A stretch of DNA of 61,160 nt, taken from Catajapyx aquilonaris (Eukaryota). Below, in pieces: positions 50,101 through 61,160 of the stretch; positions within the stretch are counted from its first letter, which is position 1, and each line of letters starts with the position of its first letter. The position numbers were made by a program, and so were the translations under genes. A model generated the notes under the pieces. That model was not told the DNA's origin and made no database searches. It saw nothing but the letters and a program-made list of their open reading frames with translations. The stretch is taken from positions 1 through 61,160 of the forward strand of contig KZ538569.1 in NCBI GenBank assembly GCA_000934665.2. The letters are read 5' to 3'.

Positions 50101-51169
50101 ACCGGACGTGGCCGCACGCAGACTGACCCCTAACGGCGCTTGGGCCATGGCTTTCGTAGCCGTGGGGGCCGTCGGAGTATTTGCAGCCATGTACATGCTG
50201 GTGTACGTCCTGCTGAGGATGTGCGACGGTACACTCCAGGGCAATCAGTCACTGGGGGTCCTGCTGCTATTGGCCGTGGCTACTCTGTACGGATGCGTGG
50301 GTTTCTACGTTGTACCCGGAGGTGGTAACGAGGTGGTATGCGCCATGCGGATGTTTGTACCCAACGCAGCGGTGGCTGTGTGTCTAGGGGTCCTTCTGGT
50401 CAAGGCGATGCAGTTGAGGTCACTGGTGCTGCTGGGGTTGGGCGGCCGCGTGTCGTATGCCAACCAGTACATCACGTTGTTCTTTGTGGTGCTGGTCCAA
50501 GTAGGTCTGGATCTGCAATGGTTCCTAGGCCATACCAGGACCGACGGAGCATCCAGCTGCGAACCACTTCCACGGTTGTCCTTCCTGCTTCTGCACTCAT
50601 ATCTTGCCCTCTTGGCCTTTGGAGCCTTCTTGTACGGGCTAAGCGTCCTACAGATACGACGTAACTACAACGAGGCCCGGTGGCTGACCCTGACTGCCGG
50701 GCTGACCCTCCCGGTCTTCCTGGGCTGGGGGCTGACCCAAGGTTTAGCCCCCAGCTCGTGGGCCGACCCAGCCGCCTGCTTGGCCATGGTGGGCCTGGCC
50801 ACTGTCCTGATGGCCGGTATATTCGTGCCCAAGATGACCACAATCGCCAGGCACAACGCCAGGCTGAAGAGGAAGAGGCTCAAGATGGCCCCACCACCTC
50901 AGGTGCCCCACACCAACTCAATCTCCACGATATTTACCAACCTCAGCGACGGGGTCATCCCCATGAGTCTGCCGGTATTGGCCCTCAAGCCGGCCAGCGG
51001 GCCATCGTCATCAACTGGTCCCAAACCCACCTCATATGGGTACGCCGTGACCTCCAGACCCGTGGTGACCCCTGCCCAGCAGGTGGCCAGGAAACCCTCG
51101 GCTAAGTTCATCGCTACCAGGCCCATCGTCCTGCCTGAACCATTCGGCAGAGACCATCGGCATCATTGA
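47101..51169 (+). CDS. boss: Class C GPCR, bride-of-sevenless-like (signal peptide, degenerate Venus-flytrap ectodomain, no cysteine-rich domain, 7TM). About 880 aa. Exons 47101-47204, 47452-47601, 47967-48226, 48279-48467, 48537-48767, 49226-49372, 49526-49726, 49808-51169; start codon lies in an upstream exon
   Basis: The exons join in one open frame with AG/GT sites (one GC donor). Signal peptide HLTLPFIFLLIFGSSQS. mGluR-like motifs AIQQVEAVNWAAQII, TIGVKVHDLCS and FVVKAVSAYSAAL. 7TM region has CDGTLQGNQ, LLVKAMQLR, NYNEARW and GIFVPKM. Class C GPCR is secure; boss orthology is from recalled family motifs and is less certain. Confidence 0.85.
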
Positions 51170-52329
51170 ACCAATCAGCAAAACAACATACATAGTCAAA
51201 GATTTTGCGTGAATGTGCTTTTTTTTGTTTTAGACTGCGTGACAAATCCCCAGTGATGTTCAAATATGAGAAACAAAGGGGGCCAACCGATGAGATGGTC
51301 ATGTTTTGAAACAGTAGATATATACAGATAAGAAGCTACCTCTAACCCCGTAAGTTCTATTTTGCTACGTCACACGTGCGATAAGTCAACGCAAATGTGA
51401 CGAACAAAATCGTACGAATCAAAAAAATAAAGTACCTTTGTGTTTTTTGCAATATTATTGAAACTTGATGGTACCGGTACATGTAAGGGTCACTAAGGTT
51501 CCCCCCTGAAAGTTGCATGCACGTCATGTCGTGGTCATGTAATTTGTCTGGATTATCCGTCGGATTGCTGTGATCACGTGCCATAGGAACTAAAATTACA
51601 ACACCTCCCCATCACATATAGACCATTCTGGGAAAACGTTTCGTGACGAGGAGATTAGAGCTACAAAATGTTTATTACAGTGAGTGCATGTAATAATGTT
51701 CACCCTGTATGATACTGCTCTGAATTTTCGTGTGTATGCGGATATTTTTTTTCAAAACTGAAATCTCAGTCGGTCATTTCTCTTTCACAAATATCTATCC
51801 CCTGTTTACTATTTGAAAATAATGTTTTGCCACCAGAGGGCTCACGCTTCAGAATGTAGACTTCAGAATGTAGAACCCCCCCCGTGTTGTTTTTAGTTAG
51901 TTACGTGTTTCTGTGTCATCATAAAGAAAATATCAAGAGCCGACTGTAGTTGGCCACCGCACAAAACAATCATCGGTTTTTCTTTACAAGAAAAACCAAA
52001 AAATATGTTGTGTTAATTTGGAAAAAATTTAGCACCTGTAGATTATACCCCCCCAATTTTTAAAAATTCCGAGCGCTTATTTATTTTGTACATCTCTCTA
52101 CGGAATATCACGCACTGTATGAAAAACGGAAATAAATTTCCTCTTCACAGGTTATTAATTTTTATTTGCCATATTTACATATAGTTGACACCTATACGAG
52201 TATATCCATTGTGAACACGTCTCACTTGACACGGGTACCCTAGGCTCTATCAGCATCGATCTGGTCTCAAAGACAATGCAGATATTTGCCAAGAGGTTGT
52301 AGCTTGAGGAACTCCAAAGCCTTGTTTGG

Positions 52330-52670
52330 CCAAGCAGAATGTTCTCCCCTGAAATTGTTTCCGCTCGGAATGTTACCTTCAAAAGTTTTCAGTTTGGTTG
52401 GTAAACTTCTCTGTCTGTCACTCCTGTCTTAAGAAGCACATATTACATGGTGCAGTAACACAATTTTTTTTTTATCAAGCTGGGTCGTCGACCGCTTGCA
52501 GTTTCTTGTAACCGAAAAGAGCCGCCTTAAAATTGGCATAAGTCCCTCGGGATATCTACTGGTTCCAGAATGCACTTTGCATTCATGTCTTCGCGTCTGG
52601 GCCATTCCTCAGAATCTTTGCCTTTATACACTGTTATATCTGTCTGCCTGGTCTGACCTCTGGGGCAATT
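52330..52670 (+). pseudogene. Possible IR relic, tail-to-tail with the intact IR
   Basis: MFSPEIVS ~ LYSSKIVQ; LVPECTLHSCLRVWAIPQN is S2-like. Confidence 0.3.
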
Positions 52671-52708
52671 TATCTTGGGGTTCGAATCCCGGTGCTGGCC
52701 TTTCATAC

Positions 52709-54454
52709 TTAGCGGCGAATAAGCCAAAATCCTTGCATTTGTATGAACCAACCGAATAAGTGCTTAAAATCGATAAGTTCAAACACAAGAATGGTGAATG
52801 CCAACAATGCGCCCAACAGAAGGACATGAAAAGGAGCAGTCACATTACGTAACTGCAGTACTCTAGGTCCTTTTTCGAACCAGACTGCACCTGACTTACT
52901 CATGATTTTGTGTGACATGACTCCAACAACTTTTTGAATTTCCACGTCGTAAAAGTGGTCCTGCAATCCGCTCTGCAGAAATATGCTGACTCCACGGTTG
53001 ATCGACTCGTATGTGACAGCGTAAGGGAAGGTTGCGACAGTTAGCATGATCTGGGGAAGGTCGGTGACCGCGACGTGAAGTTTCTCTCTCATCAGGTACT
53101 TCTCGGTTTGAAATGCCCAATGGGCTTGTTGAAAGAAACATGCGTATTTTTCTTGCATGGCGACTGCTATGCAGTTCTTGACGTAGTAGGGGTAAGGAAC
53201 TTCTATTGGGGCCAGCTGTACTTTTGCAACAATCGCCAAATGCACAGGGTTTTGCGTATTGTTAGCAATCGTCTGAAAGTAATAATCGTCGGCAGCTCCC
53301 CATTCGTATCCCATGTCCAGTAGATCTTGCAGGGAGTCCACGGTTGTTCCACGGTTGTCCATCAGCAACTGCACAATTTTGGAACTGTACAGAGTGCTGA
53401 AGACCAGACAGAAGAATAGGTACATGCAGAAGAGCCAGGTCATAGCAGGGGTAAAGTTCATTCTGATTCCCTGACCAAGAACCGGAGGCAAAATTTGGTT
53501 TGAAAATACATCGATCCAAGTTAATTCCCCTGACAGATAGATAATTGTGGTCACAAAAATTACTGAAGAGAAGAGCATTAGCCATAACGACCAGGTGAAA
53601 GGTACGACAATCAACTCCCAGTACTTTTGACGATCGACGACTTTGGTGACCATCAGCATGCTCTCAATACGGTAAGGTTGCGTGGTGTATACATGGTAAT
53701 CTGGGCTCATAAGCTCAGTTTGACAAAATGAGTAAGTCATTGGCTCTAGACCAAATTCACTCATTGCCGTTCTGTAATTCAGATATTGTTGCAAATACGT
53801 ATTTAGTCCAGGATATATGTGGCAAACTGGAATCACTCTTCCGTGCCAATTCTTTGTGGTGTCAATATATAGATCTCCATCGAAGGACGACAAAGTCCTC
53901 TCGTAGAAGGCATATTCGCCAAAATAGCAGAAATAGCAAGGTGACCACAATTTGAAGGTCAACTGGCCGTCTTCCACCCTTATTTTTTCAATTCCTAGTC
54001 TGTGCTTAAATAGCACGTTTTCTAATGCTATTACATCACTCACAGGCCCATCTGTAATATGGTACAACAGATAGTCACGATAAAACCTCCAAAGCCTTAT
54101 TCTGAGCATCTCATGTCGTAGATAGTGAGTTGCGTTCATTTTGGAATGCATCAGGACAAGGAAACAATGGCCTGATTTTTGGATGACAAACTCGAAATCA
54201 AATAAATGTTTGTCCTTTTTTTCTTCTGGAACATAGAGTGTGACTGCTGGCCTATCGACCTTTGCTATCAGTTTCTCCAAGGCGCCGGACAATGGTTCAT
54301 CGTGAAGAATGGCGAGGGAGCAGTCCATTAGGAGGCGGTTCTCCTTCATCATCCGGAACACTGCTTCTGCCAACAGTTCATTTTCTGCTTCAGTAGTTGC
54401 CATACCAAGGGTCATGTTGACGCCCAGAATAATGATTATTAATGCGCTATTCAT
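52709..54454 (-). CDS. Divergent ionotropic receptor (variant iGluR chemoreceptor), intronless CDS, 581 aa
   Basis: Long ORF with signal peptide, short N-terminal domain, S1 (TTQPY), pre-M1/M1 (YWELIVVPFTWSLWLML), pore (VLGQG), M3 (FSTLYSSKIVQLL), S2 (DSLQDLL..W, INRG...LQSGL) and M4 (PRVLQL...PFHVLLLG...FE). Confidence 0.92.
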   Translation of the reverse strand: MNSALIIIILGVNMTLGMATTEAENELLAEAVFRMMKENRLLMDCSLAILHDEPLSGALEKLIAKVDRPAVTLYVPEEKKDKHLFDFEFVIQKSGHCFLVLMHSKMNATHYLRHEMLRIRLWRFYRDYLLYHITDGPVSDVIALENVLFKHRLGIEKIRVEDGQLTFKLWSPCYFCYFGEYAFYERTLSSFDGDLYIDTTKNWHGRVIPVCHIYPGLNTYLQQYLNYRTAMSEFGLEPMTYSFCQTELMSPDYHVYTTQPYRIESMLMVTKVVDRQKYWELIVVPFTWSLWLMLFSSVIFVTTIIYLSGELTWIDVFSNQILPPVLGQGIRMNFTPAMTWLFCMYLFFCLVFSTLYSSKIVQLLMDNRGTTVDSLQDLLDMGYEWGAADDYYFQTIANNTQNPVHLAIVAKVQLAPIEVPYPYYVKNCIAVAMQEKYACFFQQAHWAFQTEKYLMREKLHVAVTDLPQIMLTVATFPYAVTYESINRGVSIFLQSGLQDHFYDVEIQKVVGVMSHKIMSKSGAVWFEKGPRVLQLRNVTAPFHVLLLGALLAFTILVFELIDFKHLFGWFIQMQGFWLIRR

Positions 54455-54483
54455 TTTTCACTGATGTTATAAGTCACTGGTGG

Positions 54484-54585
54484 CTGGAAGGAGGTCAGCC
54501 ATATCAAAAGATGACATACATACTGGCGTAATTAATAATGTCATTTTGCACCATTTAATATATTATGTTGCTATTAGGCACTTAC
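54484..54585 (-). other. Probable 102-nt 5'UTR intron of the IR gene
   Basis: Minus-strand donor ATAG|GTAAGT at 54585 and acceptor CTGACCTCCTTCCAG ending at 54484, about 30 nt upstream of the ATG. Confidence 0.5.
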
Positions 54586-54899
54586 CTATGTTCTGCACCA
54601 GGTACGATGCAGTACTGTCTACATCAGCGACACTTACAAAACTATCAATCAATAGCTAAATCACCTTGTTGTACAACATCGCAATAAGCCAAAACATCAT
54701 AAATATTTCTAGAGCTGTTTACGCCTCAGGAAAAATATTGTGCACTTTTCACCTAGTAATCATAATAAGGAAAGTGCTTCATCTATTATGTACACTTGTA
54801 CCTCACAACACCAGGCGCCCACGACAATTTCTGAGACGCGATATCCGCGGCTCAACTTCCAGTTAGCGAATGTATCAATGATGAGCAAAAAAATAAGCT

Positions 54900-55208
54900 T
54901 TGATATTTAGCAGCAGTGAATTCCTAAAGCATTACATAACTGAAATTGGAAACTGTAGCTATTTTATTCCATTTCAAATTGGGCGAGTGGGAGAGTCTCT
55001 TAAGGAACAATATGTTATCCGGGAGAGTCAAGATAGCACCCTCTGTACAGTCAGCTGGAGTTGGCAAAAGAGGCAGGCTCTAGCTGAGCTGCTCAAGTTG
55101 AGCGGCCATAAATCAGGGTCCAATCGGATGGGAGCCATAAGTCAGTTGGCCCCGAGGCCTCTTCTCCACCAATCTCTAGGCCAGTCTGCCCACTTCGACC
55201 CCCTCTAG
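54900..55208 (+). pseudogene. IR relic, S2, head-to-head with the intact IR
   Basis: CSYFIPFQ ~ YACFFQQ; LKEQYVI ~ MREKLHV; KSG ~ QSG; APRPLLHQSL ~ GPRVLQLRNV. Confidence 0.4.
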
Positions 55209-56749
55209 AGGGATTTATCTCCTTGGCTCATCCTAACACGTTCCATTTTCTCAAACAACATCGATTATGAAATCGCAAAAATCTGACAAAAATCTGGCCA
55301 AAATAAAATTTAACAAAAAGTCTGGTGACACATAATAAAAGTCTAGTCAAAACAATAGTAAATGCAGACAGCAATTTAGTAGCTGCTAATGGCGCCTTAT
55401 CAATGATGAATAGCAGCGACACTTGATATTATTTTGTAACACTACCAGGAACAAAGCTGAGGTTATTGTTTCGGATTGACGCCGAGTGTAAACAGCACGC
55501 ACCCTATTCAGGTCAGCAATAACCCCAAGGTGTCACTATGACCATTTTTGCACACAAAAAAATTTGGGGAGGCGTAAGCTGTCGTGTCTAATTGGATGGA
55601 CACTGATCAAATTAAGAATTTTTTTGGGGGTAAGCAAATGATGAGGGCCACGTTGGCACTTGGGTCACGTCCAACCTGATTAGCCTGCAATTCCGCAGTG
55701 CGCGTCTGCTGCACTAGGGGCCCTGCAAAAGCCAGGCAAAGATCTATGCATATCGCATTTCTTCCTCATCACTTGCATCCTATATCAACCGGAGATATCT
55801 CCACCCCCTAGAACCAACCTGAAATCCACACTAGGGAAAAAAAATAACTGGTGGTTTCAGTTGAGGGACATTTCCGACTACATCCATCTTCTGGGACGTT
55901 TGGGTTCGTTAGAGGTATGCCTGCAGGTGTCTTTCTTCGAATTTTGACATATGGAAATGTAATGGATCGTATTTCTGGCACAAATATTTTTATTGATATG
56001 CAAAATAGCAAAAATTACATTCGTGTGTCTAAAACATTGCGTTATATTAATACATGTAGTTCAGAGTTCATGGAAAAACCGCAACCGCACAAATACTATA
56101 TGCAGGCGCATGGTTTGTGAATCATCACATACCCAACTTCCGACTCACAAGACATCACCGACCGGTACTGTGAATTGTAGTATCAGTTTCCCTTAAAGAA
56201 TGCGGTGAACTAACACAACACTACAATCGTAGGTCAGATAAGTTTATTTTGGAATCATTTGCATGTGAACAAGGCACTTTCCTTTATACAGGGTACACGC
56301 ATTATATAAATACAAATGCAATTTGTAAAAAAAAATGGAATGTCATGTATGGGACGTGTAGCCACGCCAGAGTATTATTACCAGAGAGGCACAGTGTCAA
56401 AAACCGTAACAAATGGGCAAAGTTTTCATAGTATTGGATAGGAACTAGCCCCCTCTAAAAGTCTGACAATGATGCTACACTCAGCCCGTTTAATTACCAT
56501 CTGCCTTCCCAATTCCCATCTCGGCTGGTAATTAATGGCAGGCTTCTCCTTACCTCCAAGAATTAGATTAGGATTCTTATTTAAAGTCACGCCATTAAAA
56601 TATAAGGACGGAGGTTCAGAACAGAATCAATATTACCTGACTGCATTGTCACAGAGAGGAGAGGAAACTAGTCTTCATTTTACAACCTCTCCGGAAAATC
56701 AATCAGAACACCGTAAAACCCAGCGTCAAAAGTTAATTGCCAAAGGTCG

Positions 56750-56960
56750 AATCCGGAATATGGAAATAGTACGTAGTCTACACCCAGGCAGCACACGCCA
56801 GTTCTTAATGCATCTAGGCGCCAATTACATGGTAACTTCGCTGCCTAACGAGGCTCATGATCCTTTCTATGCCAATCAAGCGATGATCGTGGCCAGACGT
56901 CCATGCCAGGGCCCTTTGAAGGCATCACTCGTAACTACCCAACCGGCTTGTTGCCTTTGT
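56750..56960 (+). pseudogene. Possible IR relic, S1
   Basis: LHPGSTRQFLMHLGANYM ~ IYPGLNTYLQQYLNYR; DPFYANQAMIVARR ~ QPYRIESMLMVTK. Confidence 0.35.
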
Positions 56961-57591
56961 TCCGGTGCATGGGATCCACTTTCAAATGCGCCAATACAGC
57001 ACGAACGGACTATGAACATGAAGCAAAGCGTTAACAACAAACACCACTAAAATACTCATCAGATCTGGTTTCCAGCCAGGGGGCGACTCCAGTACAGGAG
57101 ATCGCTAGTTAACCTAATATAAACTGCTAGTTATCTTTGGCAACAGCTGCATGAACAAGCTTAACTACAATATCAATGGCTATATTAAAATAAGCGAAAA
57201 TAGTATACGAAAAATTATGTACAAACGATTGATTTTCCGGAGATAATTGCAATAAACTATGGCAGAACCAGGCTCAGGAATGAGGCACGTGGTATGGTGT
57301 TCTGCTCAATTTCAGAGCTCATTAGAGTTGATCACCCACACTCTCAGCACATTGTAAGCAGAAGCAGTTTACATGGCCATGGCTTGGGTAAGGGGATACC
57401 CAAAATGGGTGTCCTGACTGAGCAAGTTTCACCGATGTTATTCTATCTTCCTGCCGTCTGGTCGCAGTAACTGTCTAATCTCGCTTCATCCTCATTCACT
57501 AAATATATGTCATTGGATATGGCGTGAGTATTGATAGTCAGATATAATAAAAATGGCACGATTGGCGTATATAATACATTATAAAATTGCT

Positions 57592-59088
57592 TCATGGTGC
57601 GGGGGGAATGGTCGGTTGCATGGGTGGCGGCACCTGGTGATGGCGTGCCCGAAGCCCGGATGGTCCGGTGTATCTGCCTCTTCTGGGTGGCGGAGACACA
57701 CCCATCCCGACGTCCAGGTAGTTGAGCCAGTGTCTCTGGTGAACCTTCTGATGTTTGGACAGGTGGTCGGATCGGGAGAATCTCTTGTCGCACTCCTTGC
57801 ACTGGTACGGCTTGACCCCCGAGTGCGACCGTCGATGTCTGGCCAGCTCGTCCGACCGCGAGAACTTCCACCCGCATCCGACCCAGTTGCAAGCGAAGGG
57901 CTTCTCCCCGGTGTGTCTCCTCAGGTGGGCCTTCAGGTGAGAGGACTTGGCATACACCTTGGTGCAACCGTTGAACGTGCACTGGAATGTCCGTTCTTCG
58001 TCCTTATGCACAGTCTTGGTGTTGCCTGACGACCTGCTGGTCCGTCTGTTGCTCGGAGGCGGTTCGACTGTCGGGACTTCGTTCCAAGGGGGCTCCGGCA
58101 TGGCATGGACCATCCTCAGGTCCAGGTGGTACATCGGCCCTCTTCCGTCGTCCACCTTGTTGGTGTAATCGTGCATGGCCAGTGCGTTGTGGCTCGTAGC
58201 TCTGGTGTCCTCAACCGGCTTGAAGTCCATTCCCAGTATCTGGTCGCAGTCTGGTGCCCACACCGATGGGTCGTACCCACCAGGGGCAGCAGGGGCAGTC
58301 ATCTCTCCTGATTCCATGTCCAGCAGACTGAATGTGTTGGGACATGTTGACACCTCTGGTAGTTCAGGGTCGTACCTAAGATAGTGGGCACTTTCATGTA
58401 GAAACTCGACACAGGAGGAGTTGCAGAAGGCGGTGGCTTCAGGTAGAGTCGGTTTGTCGTTTTCTTCGGCTGGACTTGGGTTTCGAGACAAGAGTTCATC
58501 TAGGTACAGGTCGGTGTTAAGCTTATCCATATCATCGAAGTACGTGGGGGTCACTGCAACGAACAAGATAGTCAGCCATATATCCGACACTATATGATAA
58601 GTTGGTTATCTGGATTGATGCTAATTATCTACTTGGTTAGTATGGGTACCTTACTATAAAGACCCAACCTAAGAGGTCCTGAAGACATACTATAGCCTAC
58701 TAGAGAAAGTCGAAGTAACTGCGTATTACGAGAGTGGGCTGTAATAAACAGGAAGGAACCGCACTCATATCTAGTAGTCTAGACTAAGATGTCCATGAAG
58801 CTATTCCGGACACCTTTAAAGTACCGGCACCAAAAAATTTCGGACATTCTCATGTGTCAACAATTAATATCTGTCGCGTGCACTACTAAACTGCTGATAA
58901 CACTGAGATGACTCACCTGGGCTTGTCGAAACACTGGAAGAATCGCTGATGGAATTAGGGCTGACTGACCACTCTGAACTGTCATCGTAGAAGAAGTCCT
59001 CAGGTGGAAAGGTAGAGGGCTCCAAGTCTTCCCCTCCGAACATGGGCAAGAAGAGCTCCTCCATTGTCATCTGCATGGTGGACGTCAT
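57592..59088 (-). CDS. KLF15: Kruppel-like factor 15-type transcription factor, 377 aa; coding exons 59088-58917 and 58553-57592
   Basis: Three C2H2 fingers [51 protein letters not shown], with KLF15-type RRH, GCGW and HSGVKPY residues. Phase-1 intron CCAG|GTGAGT ... TTGCAG. An upstream acceptor at 59152 implies a further 5' non-coding exon. Confidence 0.92.
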
Positions 59089-59289
59089 CCTTTGATCTAC
59101 TGCCGCTCCTTCATGATCCGCTGTAGGCTATCACTTATTCTTGTTTGTTTCCTGCAAACCAAGATATATTCAGTAAGCCCCATTTGACAAAGATAGAATC
59201 ACCTTCCGGACACAGACTTGCATAAGTTGGTTAAAAGGATGTTTTCCCGACTGATATGCGGTTTTACAATGTTCCTCAAGGTTGTGGTG

Positions 59290-60260
59290 GCCAGTACAGG
59301 AGTACCTATTGACAATTGTGTGTCATACTATTGTTGCAGTGTGGTTAAAAATTTTGTCTGCTAGCATTCCAATACTCCTCTGATTTGCGTCAAGTGCGAC
59401 TTGCGTGTGACCATGGGCTCGTGCGTGTGACCCTCGGCCGCCAACAGAGGAAGTTTAGAATGAGGGGTATTGTCGGAGACCGGTTCCGGACGTGTTTATC
59501 CGTTCTATTTCCCTCCAGATATCAACAAGTCATAATTGAAAACTGCCGCAAATGAGGTAGAGTCATCGACAAAACTTATCCGATCCCGAAGGCCGCGGCC
59601 ACGTGGCCCTCACTGATACCCTCAAAAAAAATTCAGACTTTTTTTAATTAGGGTGTATTAAAAGGGCTATATCACAAAATGACATAAGTGTCCAATTAGT
59701 ATATATCCGCAATTGCTACTTACTCATTGTTGACAACAACAAATCCATTTCGGGTGTGCTTCAACACGTTCCGAAGTCCAACAAGTGGTCGAGTGTCTGG
59801 CGCGTGCTGCTCGTGCGTCCACTATAAGCACAGTTGATAAGTACGCTCTCATATAACTTCCCCAGCACCCTCCTACCCCCATCCACCACCCCAGCACCAC
59901 TACGTGACGTTGCTTTTCAGTCTCACTTCAACATCCAATTAGTGCGCAGAACCACATGGCTCAAAGGCCAAAGAAGGGTCTTGACTGATTCCTCAACATT
60001 GTTTATGACCAACAACCCTGGGTTCAAATGTACAAAAAAAAATATTTTAACTCGCCAACAATGTATGACTACAATATGGTCAATAATGGTGCAGTTGCAA
60101 ATTCTTAAGAGTCAACAGATTGGATATCTGAAGAAGTACTTCAAGTTGATAATGAGGCACGTGCCTTAAACTCTTAAAACAATATTATCTTAAGATTTCG
60201 TACCTCCTTATCATTCTCCTTGGAAGCTCTCCCGTAATAGCCTTTGTCCCGACCATGGTC
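59290..60260 (+). pseudogene. IR relic (split), antisense within the KLF 5' intron
   Basis: RSTY*QLCV ~ RQKYWELIV (TGA at the Trp codon, 59310); AVWLKILSASI ~ SLWLMLFSSVI; later TNNPGF ~ TQNPVH, QQCM ~ KNCI, YLKKYF ~ YLMREK. Confidence 0.45.
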
Positions 60261-60420
60261 AAGGTAAATTGTCGGACAGATAACCACTGATGTAACTATA
60301 AGTTATTCATATTATATATAAATGGAACGTTTGTCGGTATGTCCAATTCCCCTTTACCGCGCAGGGGTGATTGAAGAAACTTCATACTTGATTACGACAT
60401 TTAATATAAGATAAGTACGA

Positions 60421-60552
60421 GGAAGTACTTGTGATCTTTATTCATAGGAAACCAACCCGGAATATTTTCTCCTGTGGTATAGGACATGGAACACCACAGA
60501 AAATGCGGGGAAATTGGGACTGGATTCGAACTCAGGACTTCCTGAACCAGCC
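60421..60552 (-). mobile_element. tRNA-derived SINE, same family as 21570
   Basis: Minus-strand GAGTTCGAATCC B box followed by TTTTCTGTGGTGTTCC...TTCCGGGTTGGTTTCCTA. Confidence 0.65.
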
Positions 60553-61160
60553 AAAGTCTATTAGTAATGACGCAAACGGAACATTCTAGAGATTACAAAT
60601 TGGCATCGTTTTATTTCAAGTAATTGTGCTATTTACATTGTCAACATGAGCCACACGACTTTGTGTACATTGGAAATAACCTCTGCAAATCAACAGATCC
60701 GCCTACTTCTTTACCTGCACAAACAATATTAAAAAAATAAATAAAAGGTCGTGAACTTGAGGGAATTCCAACACCAACGTTATCTCGTAACTTCTCGACA
60801 TATTTCAGCATGAGTTAACCCCCGATGCTATGAACTGCGGTATATGGATAACAATGCGGTCGATATTTCGGGATATGATAAAAATGTCACATGCTAATTG
60901 ACTCAGGCCGGGGTTTGTAGGTTCTGGAAATTATCTATACAGGTGGTTTGCAAAATATGTCCTTAAACTCAGTGGTCAATATCCGATTAAGTGATGAGGC
61001 AAAGGTCGGGGGCACTTCATTGTGCAATAATGAGTCCGAGTGCTGATAATAATCGTTATGGATTAATAGGCAATAATTGTACTTCAGATTTTATTAAATT
61101 AATTAGTAAAATAACAATTAATGTTTAATACATTAATTTTTGTCGAAATCTATTTACACT

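Noticed and set aside
57443..58384. Alternative-frame and antisense ORFs over KLF15 (likewise over the GPCR last exon)
   Set aside because: They are shadows of GC-rich coding sequence with no recognisable motifs.

Overview
Eukaryotic, almost certainly arthropod, genomic DNA with no prokaryotic features. Three protein-coding genes can be reconstructed at the right end: a multi-exon class C GPCR of the bride-of-sevenless (boss) type (+, about 47.1-51.2 kb, with a probable GC-AG intron), an intact divergent ionotropic receptor (IR) with an intronless CDS (-, 52709-54454), and a KLF15-type zinc-finger gene (-, 57592-59088). A probable signal-peptide first exon of a fourth, large-intron gene lies at 41463-41679 (-). 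The main unexpected result is that the apparently non-coding 0-47 kb and the spacers between genes contain about 20-25 short, decayed fragments that align by eye to different parts of the intact IR, on both strands: a dense IR pseudogene graveyard. These fragments are interleaved with Tc1/mariner-type and hAT-type MITEs, tRNA-derived SINEs, a solo-LTR-like element, foldbacks and minisatellites, plus a dispersed bipartite motif pairing a CTCF-like box with an unknown ~22-bp box. All homology calls are manual alignments; no searches were run, and the weaker relics may be over-read.
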